From: Felis catus
Taxonomy: Eukaryota
Assembly (NCBI RefSeq): GCF_018350175.1
Contig: NC_058368.1
Location: 130,574,001 to 130,638,000, forward strand
Direction: 5' to 3'
Length of the DNA stretch: 64,000 nucleotides
The notes below the pieces were generated by a model, which did not search any database, was not told the origin of the DNA, and saw nothing but the letters and a program-made list of their open reading frames with translations. Within the stretch, counting starts at the first letter, position 1. The number at the start of each line of letters is the position of its first letter. Made by a program: the position numbers and the translations under genes. This document shows positions 13,801-27,234 of the stretch, in pieces.

Positions 13801-14005
13801 TAAAAAAATGTTTTTTGTATGTTTATTTTTGTAGGAGAGACAGAACGTGAGCAGGGGAGGAGCAGAGAGAAAGGGAGACATAGAATCCCAAGCATGCCCC
13901 GGGCTGTCAGCACAGAGCCTGATGCAGGGCTCAAACTCACAAACTGTGAGATCATGACCTGAGCCAAAGTCAGACACTTAAACAACTGAGCCACCCAGGT
14001 ACCCA
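13801..14005 (-). mobile_element. Can-SINE
   Basis: TSD aaagataaacaattt on both sides. Confidence 0.93.
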
Positions 14006-14844
14006 TTAAAGATAAACAATTTTAATATTTTAATAAACCTTTACCCAGGCTCATTAGGAAAAGGAGAAAAGAATCTAATAAATACAATGATATATGAAAA
14101 AGAGAAGTAGCATTCTTCCAAAGGTGAATCAGGAAGAAATAATCTGAACAAACTGATTACTAGTAACAAAATTGAATGAGTAATCAAAAAACTCCCAAAA
14201 AACAAAAGTCCAGGACCAGATGACTACACAGGTGAATTCTACCTAACATGTTAAGAAAAATTAATATCTCCTCTTCTTAAACCAGAACAAAAGATCCAGA
14301 AGTAAATAATGCTTCCATATTCCTATTATGAGGCCAGCATTATCCTGATATAAAAACCAGGTAAAGACATGACAAAAAAAAAATGGCAAGCAAGTATCCC
14401 TGATGAACCAAGATACAAAAACTCTCAACAAAATACCACATTGAACAATACATTAGAAGAGTCATGCAACAGATTCAAGGGGGATTTATTCCAGGGAATA
14501 AAGATGCTTCTCTATATCCACACATTTATGACATTAAACCTGAAGGATAAAAAAACCTATCATCAAAAGTCAACATCAATTCATAATCTCAACAAAGTGG
14601 GTTGAGACGGAATATACTTCAACATAACAAAGGCCATATGTGACATACCCACAGCTAACATCACACTCAAAGTAGTATGGGAGGTCCTAGCTATCAGACA
14701 AAATAAATAAATAAAAGGCATCAAAGAAGAACATGGTACCATCTATAGAAAAGTCTAAGGAATCCACCAAAAAGCCATTATCATTAATAATTCAGTAAAT
14801 TAATGGGGTAAAAAATTAATGCACAGAAATGTGTTGCATTTTTT

Positions 14845-14987
14845 CTAAGGTTTTCATCACCTAGTGCTCATCATAAGTGCACTCCTTAATCCATATCATC
14901 TATTTTTACCAAACTCCTCACTCACATCCTCTCTGGTAACTATCAGTTCTCTGCAGTTAAGATTCTGTTTCTTGGTTTGTCTTTCTC
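14845..14987 (-). mobile_element. Antisense L1 3'UTR fragment inserted in L1 ORF2
   Basis: cctagtgctcatcataagtgcactccttaatcc...ctctggtaactatcagtt matches the reverse complement of a carnivore L1 3' end. Confidence 0.8.
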
Positions 14988-15600
14988 ACAACAGTGATAA
15001 TGGCTAATACGCCAATAAAATTCAACAATAATTATAACTGTACCAAAACTATTAAAATACCTATGAATATACTTACACAATGAAGTGAAAGACCAGTCTT
15101 CTGAAAAGTATAAAACATTCATACAAGAAATTGAAGATGATACAAACATGGAAAGATATTCCATCCTAATGGTTTGGAAGAAATATTGTTAAAATGTCCA
15201 TACTATCCAAAGTCATCTACAGATGCAATGCAGTCCCTGTCAGCATACCAATGCTATTTTTCATAGAAGTAGAACAAATAATACTAAATTTGTATGGAAC
15301 CACCAACTTGAAAAGTCAATGAGCTCTTGAGAAAAAAGAACAAAGCCACAGGTGTCACAATCTCAAATTTCAAGATCTATCATAAAGCTATACTATTCAA
15401 ATCAATATGGTACTGGCATAATAGACACCCATATCAAGGGAACAGGGTACAGAGGGCTAGAGTAAACCCACATTTATATGATTGGTTAACCTAAAACAAA
15501 AGAGGTAAGAATATTCAATAGGGAGAAAGCTGTCTCTTCAATAAGCGGTATTGGGAAAACTGGACCACTTCTAAAACCATACACAAAAATAAATTAAAAA

Positions 15601-15677
15601 TATATTGTTGGATTCAGTTTGCTAATATTTTATTGAGAATTTTTGCATCCATGTTCATCAGAGATATTAGCTTATAG
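15601..15677 (-). mobile_element. Antisense ~77-bp L1 RT fragment inserted in L1
   Basis: Reverse complement encodes YKLISLMNMDAKILNKILAN*IQQY (L1 RT YRPISL motif). Confidence 0.85.
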
Positions 15678-16360
15678 GCCACAGTGAGACCTAAAACCAT
15701 AAAACAAACTCCTAAGGGGGGAAAAAAACATAAGCAGTAATACTTTGGTTATCAGCTTTAGCAACATTTTCTAAATATATCTCCTCGGTCAAGAGAAACA
15801 AAAGCAAAAATAAATTATTGGGACTACACCAAAATTAAAAGCTTTTGTGCAGTAAAGGAAACCAGTCACAAAATTAAAAAGGAATTTAATGAATGAAAAA
15901 AAGGTATTTGAAAAGGACATATCTGATAAGGGCTTAACATTTAAAGTATCTAAAAACTTAAATTCAACATACAAAAACTAAACAATCCAATTAAAAATGG
16001 GAAAAAAATCCTAAAAGACATTTTTTAAAGGAAGACATACAGATGGCCAACAGACACGTGAAAAGATGTTTGACATCAATCATCCAACAGGGAAATGCAT
16101 CAAAACCACAAATGAGATATCACCCCACACAGTCAGAATGGCTAGTACCAGAAAAAAATAATAAGATTAGGTGAAGATGTAGAGAAAAAAGAACCTTCAT
16201 ACACTGTTGGTGGGAAGGTCAAATACTACAACCACTGTGGAAAACAGTAAGTAGGTTCCTTCAAAAAATTAAAAGTAGCAATACCACACAATCCAGAAAT
16301 TCCAATACTAGATGTTTACCCAAGGAAAATAAAAACACTAATTAAAAAGGGGGTGCATCT

Positions 16361-16813
16361 CAACAATAGCCAAATTATGGAAAGAGCCTAAATGTCCATC
16401 AACTGATGAATGGATAAAAAAATTTTGGTTTATATACACAATGGAGTACTACATGGCAATGAGAAAGAACGAAATATGGCCCTTTGTAGCAACATGGATG
16501 GAACTGGAGAGTGTTATGCTAAGTGAAATAAGCCATACAGAGAAAGACAGATACCATATGGTTTCACTCTTGTGTGGATCCTGAGAAACTTAACAGAAAC
16601 CCATGGGGGAGGGGAAGGAAAAAAAAAAAGAGGTTAGAGTGGAAGAGAGCCAAAGCATAAGAGACTCTTAAAAACTGAGAACAAACTGAGGGTTGATGGG
16701 GGGTGGGAGGGAGGGGAGGGTGGGTGATGGGTATTGAGGAGGGCACCTTTTGGGATGAGCACTGGGTGTTGTATGGAAACCAATTTGACAATAAACTTCA
16801 TATACTGGAAAAA
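16361..16813 (+). mobile_element. 5'-truncated felid L1 (L1_Fc-like) 3' end
   Basis: Closely matches the 3' end at 26778-27210; flanked by aaaaagggggtgcat duplication. Confidence 0.92.
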
Positions 16814-17329
16814 AAGGGGGGTGCATTCTAAGGGGGTGCATCTGAGAGAATGGAAAAAGTGGTATAATTATACAATGGCATATTACTCATCCATAATAGG
16901 AAATTATATCTTGCAATTTATGACAACATGGATGGACACAGAAGGTATTACGCTAAAGGAAATAAGATACAGATAATTACATTATTTTACTTATATGTGG
17001 AATCCACCACCCCCAACCAAAATGAACAAATAAACCAAGAAAAATGAACAGACCTTGAAATATAGAGAACAATCTTGTGCTTTCCAGAAGGGAGGGTGGA
17101 GAGGAATGAGCAAAATGGGTAAAGGGGAGTGAGAGATTCTATATTTCAGTATGGAATGAATAAGCATGGGATGAAACCCACAGCATAGCAAATCTAGTTA
17201 ATGGTATAATAATGGTAATGTATGGTATATTGTGGTGAGCAGAGCTTAACTTACAGAGTTGGTGAGTCACTATGTTGTACACTTAAAACCGGTATAACAT
17301 TCTGTAGCAACGACTTCAATGAAAAAGAG

Positions 17330-18705
17330 TGTTGACTCTGACCACTCCTATTCAGTACATTACTGGAAATCCTTACAGAGCAGTCAGAAAAGAAAAAGAA
17401 AGTAAAAGCACCAGAATTGTACAGGAAGAAGTAAAAGTGTCACAATCTGCAGATGACAGGGTTTTATAAATAGAAAATACTCAAGTCCACACCTAAAAAC
17501 TCTTAAATCTCTATGAATTCAGTAAAGTTGTAGGAAGCCAAATTATCATAAAAAGCAGTAGTATTTCTATATACTAACAATGAAATATGTGAAAATGAAA
17601 TAAAGAAATCCCATTTACAACAGCATAAATAAATCAATAAAATCCTTATTAACAAACTTAACCAAAGAAGTGAAAAATCACTACTCTGGAAACTTCAAGA
17701 TACTGAAGTTAAATCAAAGAAGAAATGAAAAAATGAGTGGTAGTCTCTGTTTATGGATTGGAAGAATTAATATTAAAATATATGTACTATTAAAAGCAAT
17801 CTATAGATTCAGTGCAGTCTCTATCAAGATTTCAATGGCAACTTTACGGGAGGAAAAAACACAGTCTTAAACATAAGATGGCACCACAACAACCCTGAAT
17901 AGCCAAGGTAATCCTGGAAAATTAGAAACAGGAGACATCAAAACCCTTGATTTTAAACTATACTATCAAACTATATTAAAACACTATGGTACTGGTGTAA
18001 AAACAGACAAAGAAATCAATGGAACAGAATTAAGAGCCCAGAGGTAAACCCAAGCATATACAATCAATATTAATAAGGGAGCCAGTATGGTTCAATGGAG
18101 AAAAGACAGTCTATTTAATAAAAGGTGCCAAGAAAATTAGGTCTTCACATGTAAAAGAATAAAACGGCACCCCCTTCTTATGTCACTAACAAAAATTAAC
18201 TTGAAGTGACTTAAACATAAAACCTGAGACCATGAAATTCTTAGAAGAAAACAGGAAAAATGTTATTTGCTATGGGCGTTGGCAATGATTCTTTGGATCA
18301 TGGCACCTAAAGCATGAGCAACAAAAAAAAAAACAAACAAAACAACAAACAGCTGGGTTACATCAAACTAAAAAGCTCTTACACAGCATAAGAAATTATC
18401 AACAAAGTGAAAAGACAACCTACTGAAGGGAAAAATGTATTTGCAAACTATATATCTTATGGATGGTTAATATCTAAAATATGTAAAAAATTCATGCTGA
18501 TAAAAATTAAAAAGCAAACAGTCTAATTGGCCCATCTAAATGGACAAAAGACCTAACTGTACATTTTTCCAGAGGTGACTTGCAAAAGGCCAACATGTAC
18601 ATGAAAAGATGTTCAGTTTCAGTAATCATCAGGGAAATGCAAATTAAAAATACTATGAGGTATCACTTCATGCCCATTACAATGGCCATTATAAAAAAGT
18701 ACATA
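17330..18705 (+). mobile_element. Older L1 ORF2 3' half (outer host of the nested stack, left part)
   Basis: RT/C-terminal DNA (tctgcagatgacagg, ctatagattcagtgcagtc); breaks at aatggccattataaaaaag and resumes at ~29100. Confidence 0.85.
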
Positions 18706-18708
18706 TAG

Positions 18709-21366
18709 TTCTCCCACCATTGCACCCACAATAACTGAGGTGGTCACTCCAGACAACCAGGCCGTGGGCCAGCTCCACCCACCAGTACACCCACACCAGT
18801 CACAGTTCATTCATAATAAGAGGGTTCACGCAGCCCACACAGGGTACATTCTCAGAGCAGCCAGTGCTTATGACCAAGTGGCATTGTGCTCTGGGCCACA
18901 AAGGAGGCCGTCTACATAAAACCACTGCTGTCAAGGCAAACAGAGATGCAGCTGGCTTACTTAATGCAAACAAACAGAATGAGACAAAATAGGGAGACAT
19001 AGAAACATGTTCCAAACAAAAGCACAAGACAAAAACATTAAATGGACCAATCTACTGAAAAAGAGTTCAAAGTAATGGCCATAAGGATGTTCACTGAAAT
19101 TGAAAAAAGAAAGGATTAACTCAGAAGTTCAATAAAGAGAAAATATCACAGCTGAAAAATATAGTACATGAAATAAAAAAAAAAACACTAGAGGAAAACA
19201 AGAGATTAGAGAAAACAGCAGAATGGATCAGCAAGCTGAAAGACAGGAGAGAGATTGAAAATCACTCATGCTGAGCAGAAAAAAAAAAAAGATACTATGA
19301 AGGGACCCCTGGAACAACATTAAGCATAATAACTTTTGCATTATAAGGGCCCCAGCAGAAGAGGACAGAGAAAGGTGCAGAAACAGCAGCTGTAAACCTC
19401 CCTAGCCTGAGGAAAGAAACAGACATTCAGCTCTAGGAAGCAGAGGGAACCCCCAAAACTATGAACCCAAGGAGGTCTACAGAAAGACACATAATAGTTA
19501 GAAAGTCAAAAAGCAAAGATAAAGTCTTAAAAGTATCAAGAGGAAAGCACATATTTATGTACAAGTGAAATCTCATGGACTGTCAGCTAACTTTTCAGCA
19601 GAAACTTTGCAATCCGTAAGGGAGTGGCATGATATATTCAAACTGCTGAAAGGAAAAATCATACAATCAAGAATATTCCACCCGGAAATACTGTCATTCA
19701 GAATTGAAGGTGAGATAAAGGAGTTGATCTCCACTCAACTGGCCTTATAAGAAATGTTAAAGTGTCTTCTTTCAGCAAAGAAAAGGTCATAACTAGAAGT
19801 AAAAAAATATGCATATATTAAAGAAAAAAATAACATCAGTAAAACCAATGTATAGTTAAAGGTAGTAGATAAATCATTTATAAAACCAAGAAGAAGGTTA
19901 AAAGACACAAAATTATGAAATAAATTATATCTACAAATTAAGGAATACATAAAATGTGAAGGGCTCGTGTAAAAAAGTAGTGCTTTTAGAGTGTATTTGT
20001 ACTTAGCTTACCATCAAACTAATGCAGACTATTATATTGAAGGCGTTACATAGTAACTACAAGCCAAAAACCTTTAAGAAATATGCAAAATAATTTAAAA
20101 AGAGGAATCCAAGCCTAACACTGAAGAAAGTCATCAAATTGTAAGACAACAAGATAAACAGAAGGGAAGTGATAACTACAAATGTAACCGGAGCAATTAA
20201 CAAAACGGCAATAAATACATACTGATCAGTAATTAATGTAAACTGACTCAATATTCCAATATTCAATATTCAGGTGAATGAATGGATAAAACAAACAAGC
20301 AAACACAAACAAAACCCATCTATATACTGCCTCCTGGAGACTCACTTTAGACCTAAAACACATACAGACTCAAAGTGAAGGGATGGAAAGTTATTCCATG
20401 CAAATGGAAGTGGAAAACAGACGGAGTAGCAATATGTAGACAAAATAGGCTTTGAAACAAAGACTGTAACAAGAGACAAAGAAGGGTATTACATAATAGG
20501 GGGATCAATCCAATAAGGAGATATAATAACTGTTAATATCTTTGCACTCAACATTAGAACATCTAAATATATAAAACAAATATTAACAAACATAATGGGA
20601 GAAAATTGAATGTAATACAATAATAGTGGGAACTTTAACATCCCCCTTGTATCAATGGATAGATCATCTAGACTGAAAATTCAAATAAGGAAATGGCTGT
20701 GAAAGACACATTAGACCAGATAGACTTCACAGAAAAATACAGACCATTTCATTAAAAAAAAAAAAAAAAAGCAAAATACACATTATTTTCAAGCGCATGT
20801 GAATCATTCTCCAGGAGAGATTACATGTTAGGCCACAACATAAATCTTAATAAATTTCAAAAGATTGAATTAATATTGTCCATATTTTCCTACCACAATA
20901 GTGTAAAACTAGAAATCAACTATAAGAAAAAAACCAACACAGAGAGGGTAAACAACATGCTACTAAGTAACTGATGGGTCATTGAAGGAATCAAAGAGGA
21001 AATAAAAAAAATTCCTTGAGAGAAATGAAAATGGAAAAATAATGGTTCAAAATCTTTCAGTTGCGGAAAAAGCAGTTCTAATAGTAATGTTGATAGTGAT
21101 ACAGCCTGACCACAAGAGACAAGAAAATTCTTAAATAATCTAATCTTATACCTAAATGAACTAGAAAAATAAGAAACAAATATCAAAGTTAGAAGCAGGA
21201 AGAAAGAATTAACATAAGAGTGGAAATAAGAAAGAAACAAAAAAATAGAAAAGATTAATAACCTAAGAGGTGATCTTTGAAGAGATAAAGAAAAAAATTG
21301 ATAAACCTTTAGCAGACTCAAGAAAAAAGTCAAAGAACCAAAATCAGAAATGAAAAAGAAGTTACA
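18709..21366 (+). mobile_element. Intermediate L1, 5' part (5'UTR remnant, ORF1, EN domain)
   Basis: ORF1 fragment SANFSAETLQSVREWHDIFKLLK..ILSFRIEGEIK (19565-19750), followed by EN DNA. Confidence 0.88.
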
Positions 21367-22438
21367 GGCCACCCTCGGGTCTCGGCGGCGAGGTCAGCGG
21401 TGAGGTCAACAGTGCAGTCCACAGTAGGAAATGGCAGTCCTCCCTGAAGTCGATGGCACAGACAAAGCCAGCCAGAACTACATATTGGACTGCAATGAAA
21501 GGTGCTTCCCTAGCGCCAGAGTGCACAGAGCAGGACTTTGAATCCTAGTCAAGCGCAGGGTCAGGGGAGTTGGTGGAGTAAGAAGGACTGCCCCGTCTGT
21601 GCCTGCGGCACAGGTGAAGACAACTCAGAGTCCACTGAGTCTGGCTCAGTGGAGAAGAGACTGGGGAATCACCATCCCCACCGCCCCACACACACCACCA
21701 CCACCACCACCAAGGCGGGGCCTCAGGGATCAGTCCCGGGGCCCAGAGTGGAGGTGGGTCCAGACTACACCAAACCACTGGGTAACGGTGTATCTTCCGG
21801 AGCAGGATAGACCCTGCAGACAGCTCCTCAAGACAAGTGCTGCAGCATTACTTGGATTAACTCTAGGTCAATTCTGGATATATAGATATATTCTCCCCCC
21901 TCCCCCATTTCTCCTCCTTATCTCTTCCCTCCCTTTTTCATTCTCTCTCTCTGGATTAAGCCTTTTAGTCTCCATACCTATTCAATGTTTATTTTTTCTC
22001 CCCTCTGCCCCCGCTCCTGCTCCTGTCATTTCTCTCTTTGTATGTGCTCGTCCATCAGCACCACCTCCAACCTCTACTTTTAGTTGGTATTTTTTGGTTT
22101 TTTGGTTTTAGTCTTTAGTTTTTTGTTTTTGTTTGTGTTGTTTGTGTGTTTGCGTGTTTTTGTCTCCTGTTTGTCTGTTTTCCTTTACAGGGCTACTCCA
22201 AGGAACAAATCAAAGCACACCTGGTGGAGGGTCCAAAATATCACTATGAGTAGGGTAATAAAATAACCAAAGTCACATCTACAGAGAGCAAGTAACCATC
22301 TCCAAAAACACACCTCCTGAAGGGCCATGCCCTGGACAGTGTATGACCACCCCACCCCTTTAATATTGCAGTGCTCGCAGGTGCAGAGCACACAACAAGC
22401 TTTTAAAACGCATAAGGGATAGAAAACTGGCCAAAATA

Positions 22439-23328
22439 ATGAAACAGAAGAATTCTCCTCAAAAGAAATTCCGGCAAGTAGTGACAGCTAACGAATTGAT
22501 CAAAACCAATTTAAGCAATATAACTGAACAAGAATTTAGAATAATAGTCATAAAATTAATTTCTTGGCTTGAAAAAAAGCATAGAGGACAGCAGAGAATC
22601 TATTGCTACAGAGATCAAGGGACTAAAAAATAGTCATGATGAATTAAAAATGCTATAAATGAGGTGCAAAATAAAATGGAGGCGGCCATAGCACAGATTG
22701 AAGAGGCAGAGGAGAGAATAGGTGAATTAGAAGATAAAATTATGGAAAAAGAGGAAGTTGAGAAAAAGATTAAAAAAATCTAGGAGTATGAGGGGAGAAT
22801 TAGAGAACTAAGTGATGCAATCAAACGGAACAATATCCATATCATAGCAATTCCAGAAGAAGAAAGAGAGAAAGGGGCTGAAGGTGTACTTGAACAAATC
22901 ATAGCTGAGAACTTCTCCAGTCTGGGAAAGGAAACAGGCATTAAAATCCAAGAGGCACAAAGAACTCCCTTCAGATGTAACTTGAATGATCTTCTGCATG
23001 ATACATCATAGTGAAACTGGCAAAATATAAGGATAAAGAGAGAATTCTGAAAGCAGCTAGGGATAAACAGGCCTTAACATACAAATGTAGACACACAAGA
23101 GTAGTAGCAGACCTATCTACTGAAACTTGGCAGGCCAGAAAGGAATGGCAGGAAATCTTCTATGTGATGAACAGGAAAAATTTGCAGCCAGGAATCCTTT
23201 ATCCAGCAATTCTATCTTTCGGAATAGAAGGAGAGATAAAGGTCTTCCCAAACAAACAAACAAAAAACTGGAAGGAATTCATCACCACTAAACCAGCCCC
23301 ACAAGAAATCCTAAGGGGGACTCTGTGA
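22439..23328 (+). pseudogene. L1 ORF1p, frameshifted
   Basis: MKQKNSPQKK..ITEQEFRIIVIKLI and KDKERILKAARDK..VADLSTETWQARKEWQEIF..ILYPA. Confidence 0.9.
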
Positions 23329-23396
23329 GTGAAATGTTGTAAGGACCACAAAGTACCAGAGACATCACTAGAAGCATGAAACCTACAGACATCCCA

Positions 23397-26300
23397 ATGA
23401 CTCTAAACCCGTATCTTTCTATAATAACACTGAATGTAAACGGACTAAATGCTCCAACCAAAAGACAAAAGGTATCAGAATGGATAAAAAAACAAGACCC
23501 ATCTATTTGCTGTCTACAAGACACTCATTTTAGACCTGAGGACACCTTCAGATTGAAAGTGAGGGGATGGAGGACTATCTATCATGCTACTGGAAGTCAA
23601 AAGAAAGCTGGAGTAGCCATACATAACAAGAGATGAAGAAGAGCATTATATAATAATTACAGGGTCTATCCAGGAAGAGCTAACAATTATGAATGTCTAT
23701 GCACCGAATCCAGTAGCACCAAAATATATAAAAGAATTAATCACAAACACAAGAAACCTTATTGATAATAATGTGGCAAATAAGAGAATTGAGATCATAC
23801 CATGCACACTTTCAGATCACAATGCTATGAAACTTAAAATCAACCACAGGAAAAAGTCTGGAAAACCTCCAAAAGCATGGAGGTTAAAGAACACCCTACT
23901 AAAGAATGAATGGGTCAACCAAGCAATTAGAGAAGAAATTAAAAAATATATGGAAACAAATGAAGATGAAAATACAACAATCCAAACGCTTTGGGATGCA
24001 GTGAAGGCAGCCCTGAGAGGAAAATACATTGCAATCCAGGCTTATCTCAAGAAACAAGAAAAATCCCAAATACAAAATCTAACAGCACATCTAAAGGAAA
24101 TAGAACAGCAAAGACACCCCAAAGCCAGCAGAAGAGAAATAATAAAGAACAGAGAATAAAAATTATAGAATCTAAAGAAACTGTAGAGCAGATCAATGAA
24201 ACCAAGAGTTGGTTTTTTGAAAAAATAAACAAAATTGATAAACCTCTAGCCAGGCTTCTCAAAAAAAAAGGGGGGGGATGACCCAAAGAGATAAAATCAT
24301 GAATGAAAAATGGAATTATTACAACCAATCCCTCAGAAATACAAGCAATTATCAGGGAATAAAATGAAAAATTATATGCCAACAAAATGGATAACCTGGA
24401 AGAAATGGAAAATTCCTAAACACCCACACACTTCCAAAACTCAAATGGGAAGAAATAGAAAATTTGAACAGACCCATAACTAGTGAAGATATTGACTCAG
24501 TTATCAAAAATCTCCCCAAAATAAGAATCCAGGACCAGATGGCTTCCCTGGGGAATTCTACCAGACATTTAAAGCAAAGATAACACCTATCCTTCTCAAG
24601 CTGTTCCAAAAAATAGAAAGGGAAGGAAAACGTCCAGACTCATTCTATGAAGCCAGCATTACTTTAATTCCCAAACCAGACAGAGACCCAGACAGAGACA
24701 GAGACCAGCAAAATAAGAGAACTACAGGCCAATATCCCTGATGAAAATGGATGTAAAAATTCTCAGCAAGATACTAGAAAATTGAATTCAATAGCATATA
24801 GAAAGAATTATTCACCATCATCAAGTGGGATTCATTCCTGGGCTGCAGGGCTGGTTCAATATTCACAAAAATATCAGTGTGATATATCACATTAATAAAA
24901 GAAAAGATAAGAACCATATGATCCTGTCAATAGATGCAGAAAAAACATTTGACAAGATATAGCATCCTTTCTTAATAAAAACCCTCAAGAAACTTGGGAT
25001 AGAAGGAACATACTTAAACATCATAAAAGCAATTTATGAAAAGCCTGCAGCTATTATCATCCTCAATGGGGAAAAACAGAGCTTTCCCCCTGAGATCAGA
25101 AACACGAGAGGGATGTTCACTCTCACTGCTGTTGTTTAACATAGTGTTGGAAGTCCCAGCATCAACGATCAGTCAACAAAATGAAATAAAAGGCATCAAA
25201 ATTGTCAAAGATAAAGTCAAAATTTCACTTTTTGCAGATGACATGATACTCTACATGGAAAACCTGACAGACTCCACCAAAAGTCTGCTAGAACTGATAC
25301 ATGAACTCAGCAAAGTTGCAGGGTACAAAATTAATGTACAGAAATTGGTTGCATTTTTAGACACCAATAATGAAGCAACAGAAAGAGAAATAAAGAAACT
25401 GATCCCCTTCACAATTGCATCAAGAATCATAAAATACCTAGGAATAACCCTAACCAAAGATGTAAAGATCTGTATGCTGAAAACTACAGAAAGCTTATGA
25501 AGGGATTTGAAGAAGATACAAAGAAATGGAAAAACATTCCATGCTCATGGAGTGGAAGAGTAAATATTGTTAAAATGTCAATACTACCCAAAGCAATCTA
25601 CACATTCAATGCAATCTTGATCAAAATTGCACCAGCATTCTTCTCCAAGCTAGAACAAGCAATCCTAAAATTTGTATGGAACCACAAAAGACCCCAAAGA
25701 GCTAAAGTAATATTGAAGAAGAAAACTGAAGCGGGAGGCATCACAATCCCAGACTTTAGCCTCTACTACAAAGTTGTAATCATCAAGACAGTATGGTATT
25801 GGCACAAAAACAGACACATAGGCCAATAGAATAGAATAGAATAGAATAGAATAGAATAGAATAGAATAGAATAGAACAGACACTCCAGAATTGGACCTAC
25901 AAATGTATGGCCAACTAATATTTGACAAAGCAGGAAAGAATATCCAACGGAAAAAAAGACAGTCTCTTTAACAAATGGTGCTGGGAGAACTGGACAGCAA
26001 CATGCAGAAAAATGAAACTAGACCATTTTCGTACACCATTTACAAAAATAAACTCAAAATGGATGAAGGACCTGAATGTAAGACAGGAAATCATCAAAAC
26101 CCTGGAGGAGAAAGCAGGAAAAAAAACCTCTCTTACCTCAGCTGCAGCAATTTCTTACACGACACATCTCCAAAGGCAAAGGAATTAAAAGCAAAAATGA
26201 ACTATTGGGACCTCATCAAGATAAAAATACCTTCTGCAAAGGAAACAATCAACAGAACTAAAAGGCAACTGATGGATTGGGAAAAGATATTTGTAAATGA

Positions 26301-26950
26301 CATATCGGACAAAGGGCTAGTATCCAAAATCTGTAAAAAACTCACGAAACTCCACACCTCAAAAACAAATAATCCAGTGAAGAAATGGGCAGAAGACATG
26401 AATAGACACTTTTCTAAAGAAGACATCTAGATAGCCAACAGACATGAAAAGATGCTCAACATCGCTCCTCACCAGGGAAATACAAATCACAACCACACTG
26501 AGATGCCACCTCACACTGGTCAGAGTGGCTAAAATGAACAAATCAGGAGACTATAGATGCTGGACAGGATGTGGAGAAATGGGAGCCCTCTTGCACTGAT
26601 GATAGGAATGCAAACTTGTGCAGCTGCTCTGGAAAACAGTGTGGAGGTTCCTCAGAAAATTAAAAATAGATCTACCCTATGACCCAGCAATAGCACTGCT
26701 AGGAATTTACCCAAGGAATTCAAGAGTGCTAATGCAGAGGGGCACTTGTACCTCCAATGTTTATAGCAGCACTTTCAACAATAGCCAAATGATGGAAAGA
26801 GCCTAAATGTCCATCAACTGACAAATGGATAAAGAAGATGTGGTTTATATATACAATGGAATACTACATGGCAATGAGAAAGAATGAAATCTGGGCATTT
26901 GCACCAACGTGGATGGAACCGGAGGGTATCATGCTAAGTGAAATAAGGCA
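23397..26950 (+). pseudogene. L1 ORF2p (endonuclease/reverse transcriptase), multiple stops, frameshifts and deletions
   Basis: [61 protein letters not shown]. Confidence 0.95.
25825..25874 (+). repeat. (AATAG)10 microsatellite inside L1 ORF2
   Basis: Direct read. Confidence 0.97.
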
Positions 26951-27234
26951 GGGAAAGACAGATACCATATGTTTTCACTCATATTTGGATCCTGAGAAAC
27001 TTAACAGAGAACCAGGGCGGGGGTAAGTGGGGAAAAAAAAGTTACAGAGAGGGAAGGAGGCAAACCATAAGAGACTCTTAAACACTGAGACCAAACTGAC
27101 AGTTGATGGGGGGTGGAGGAGATGGGAAAGTGGGCGATGGGCATTGAGGAGGGCACCTGTTGGATGAGCACTGGGTGTTGTATGGAAACCAATCTGAAAA
27201 TCAATTATATTTAGTAATAATAAAAAAAGTTACA

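Larger units (their letters stand above)
11180..17325 (+). mobile_element. LINE-1 (carnivore type) with 5'UTR, ORF1 largely deleted, degraded ORF2 and 3'UTR; hosts several nested inserts
   Basis: GC-richer repetitive 5'UTR 11180-12100, EN motifs from ~12580 (tgcctacaagggactcacttcagacc), RT and C-terminal DNA, 3'UTR ending tcactatgttgtacac. Confidence 0.9.
21367..27226 (+). mobile_element. Near full-length felid LINE-1 (L1_Fc-like), inactivated
   Basis: CpG-containing 5'UTR, pyrimidine tract, ORF1, ORF2 and 3'UTR; TSD aagttaca at 21359-21366 and 27227-27234. Confidence 0.95.

Noticed and set aside
21367..21830. GC/CpG-rich stretch resembling a gene promoter or retrocopy
   Set aside because: Contiguous with L1 ORF1/ORF2 and bounded by the L1 TSD, so it is interpreted as the L1 5'UTR.
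21599..22111. 170-aa ORF with Pro-rich and hydrophobic segments
   Set aside because: Lies within the L1 5'UTR and its pyrimidine tract; low complexity, no recognisable protein family.
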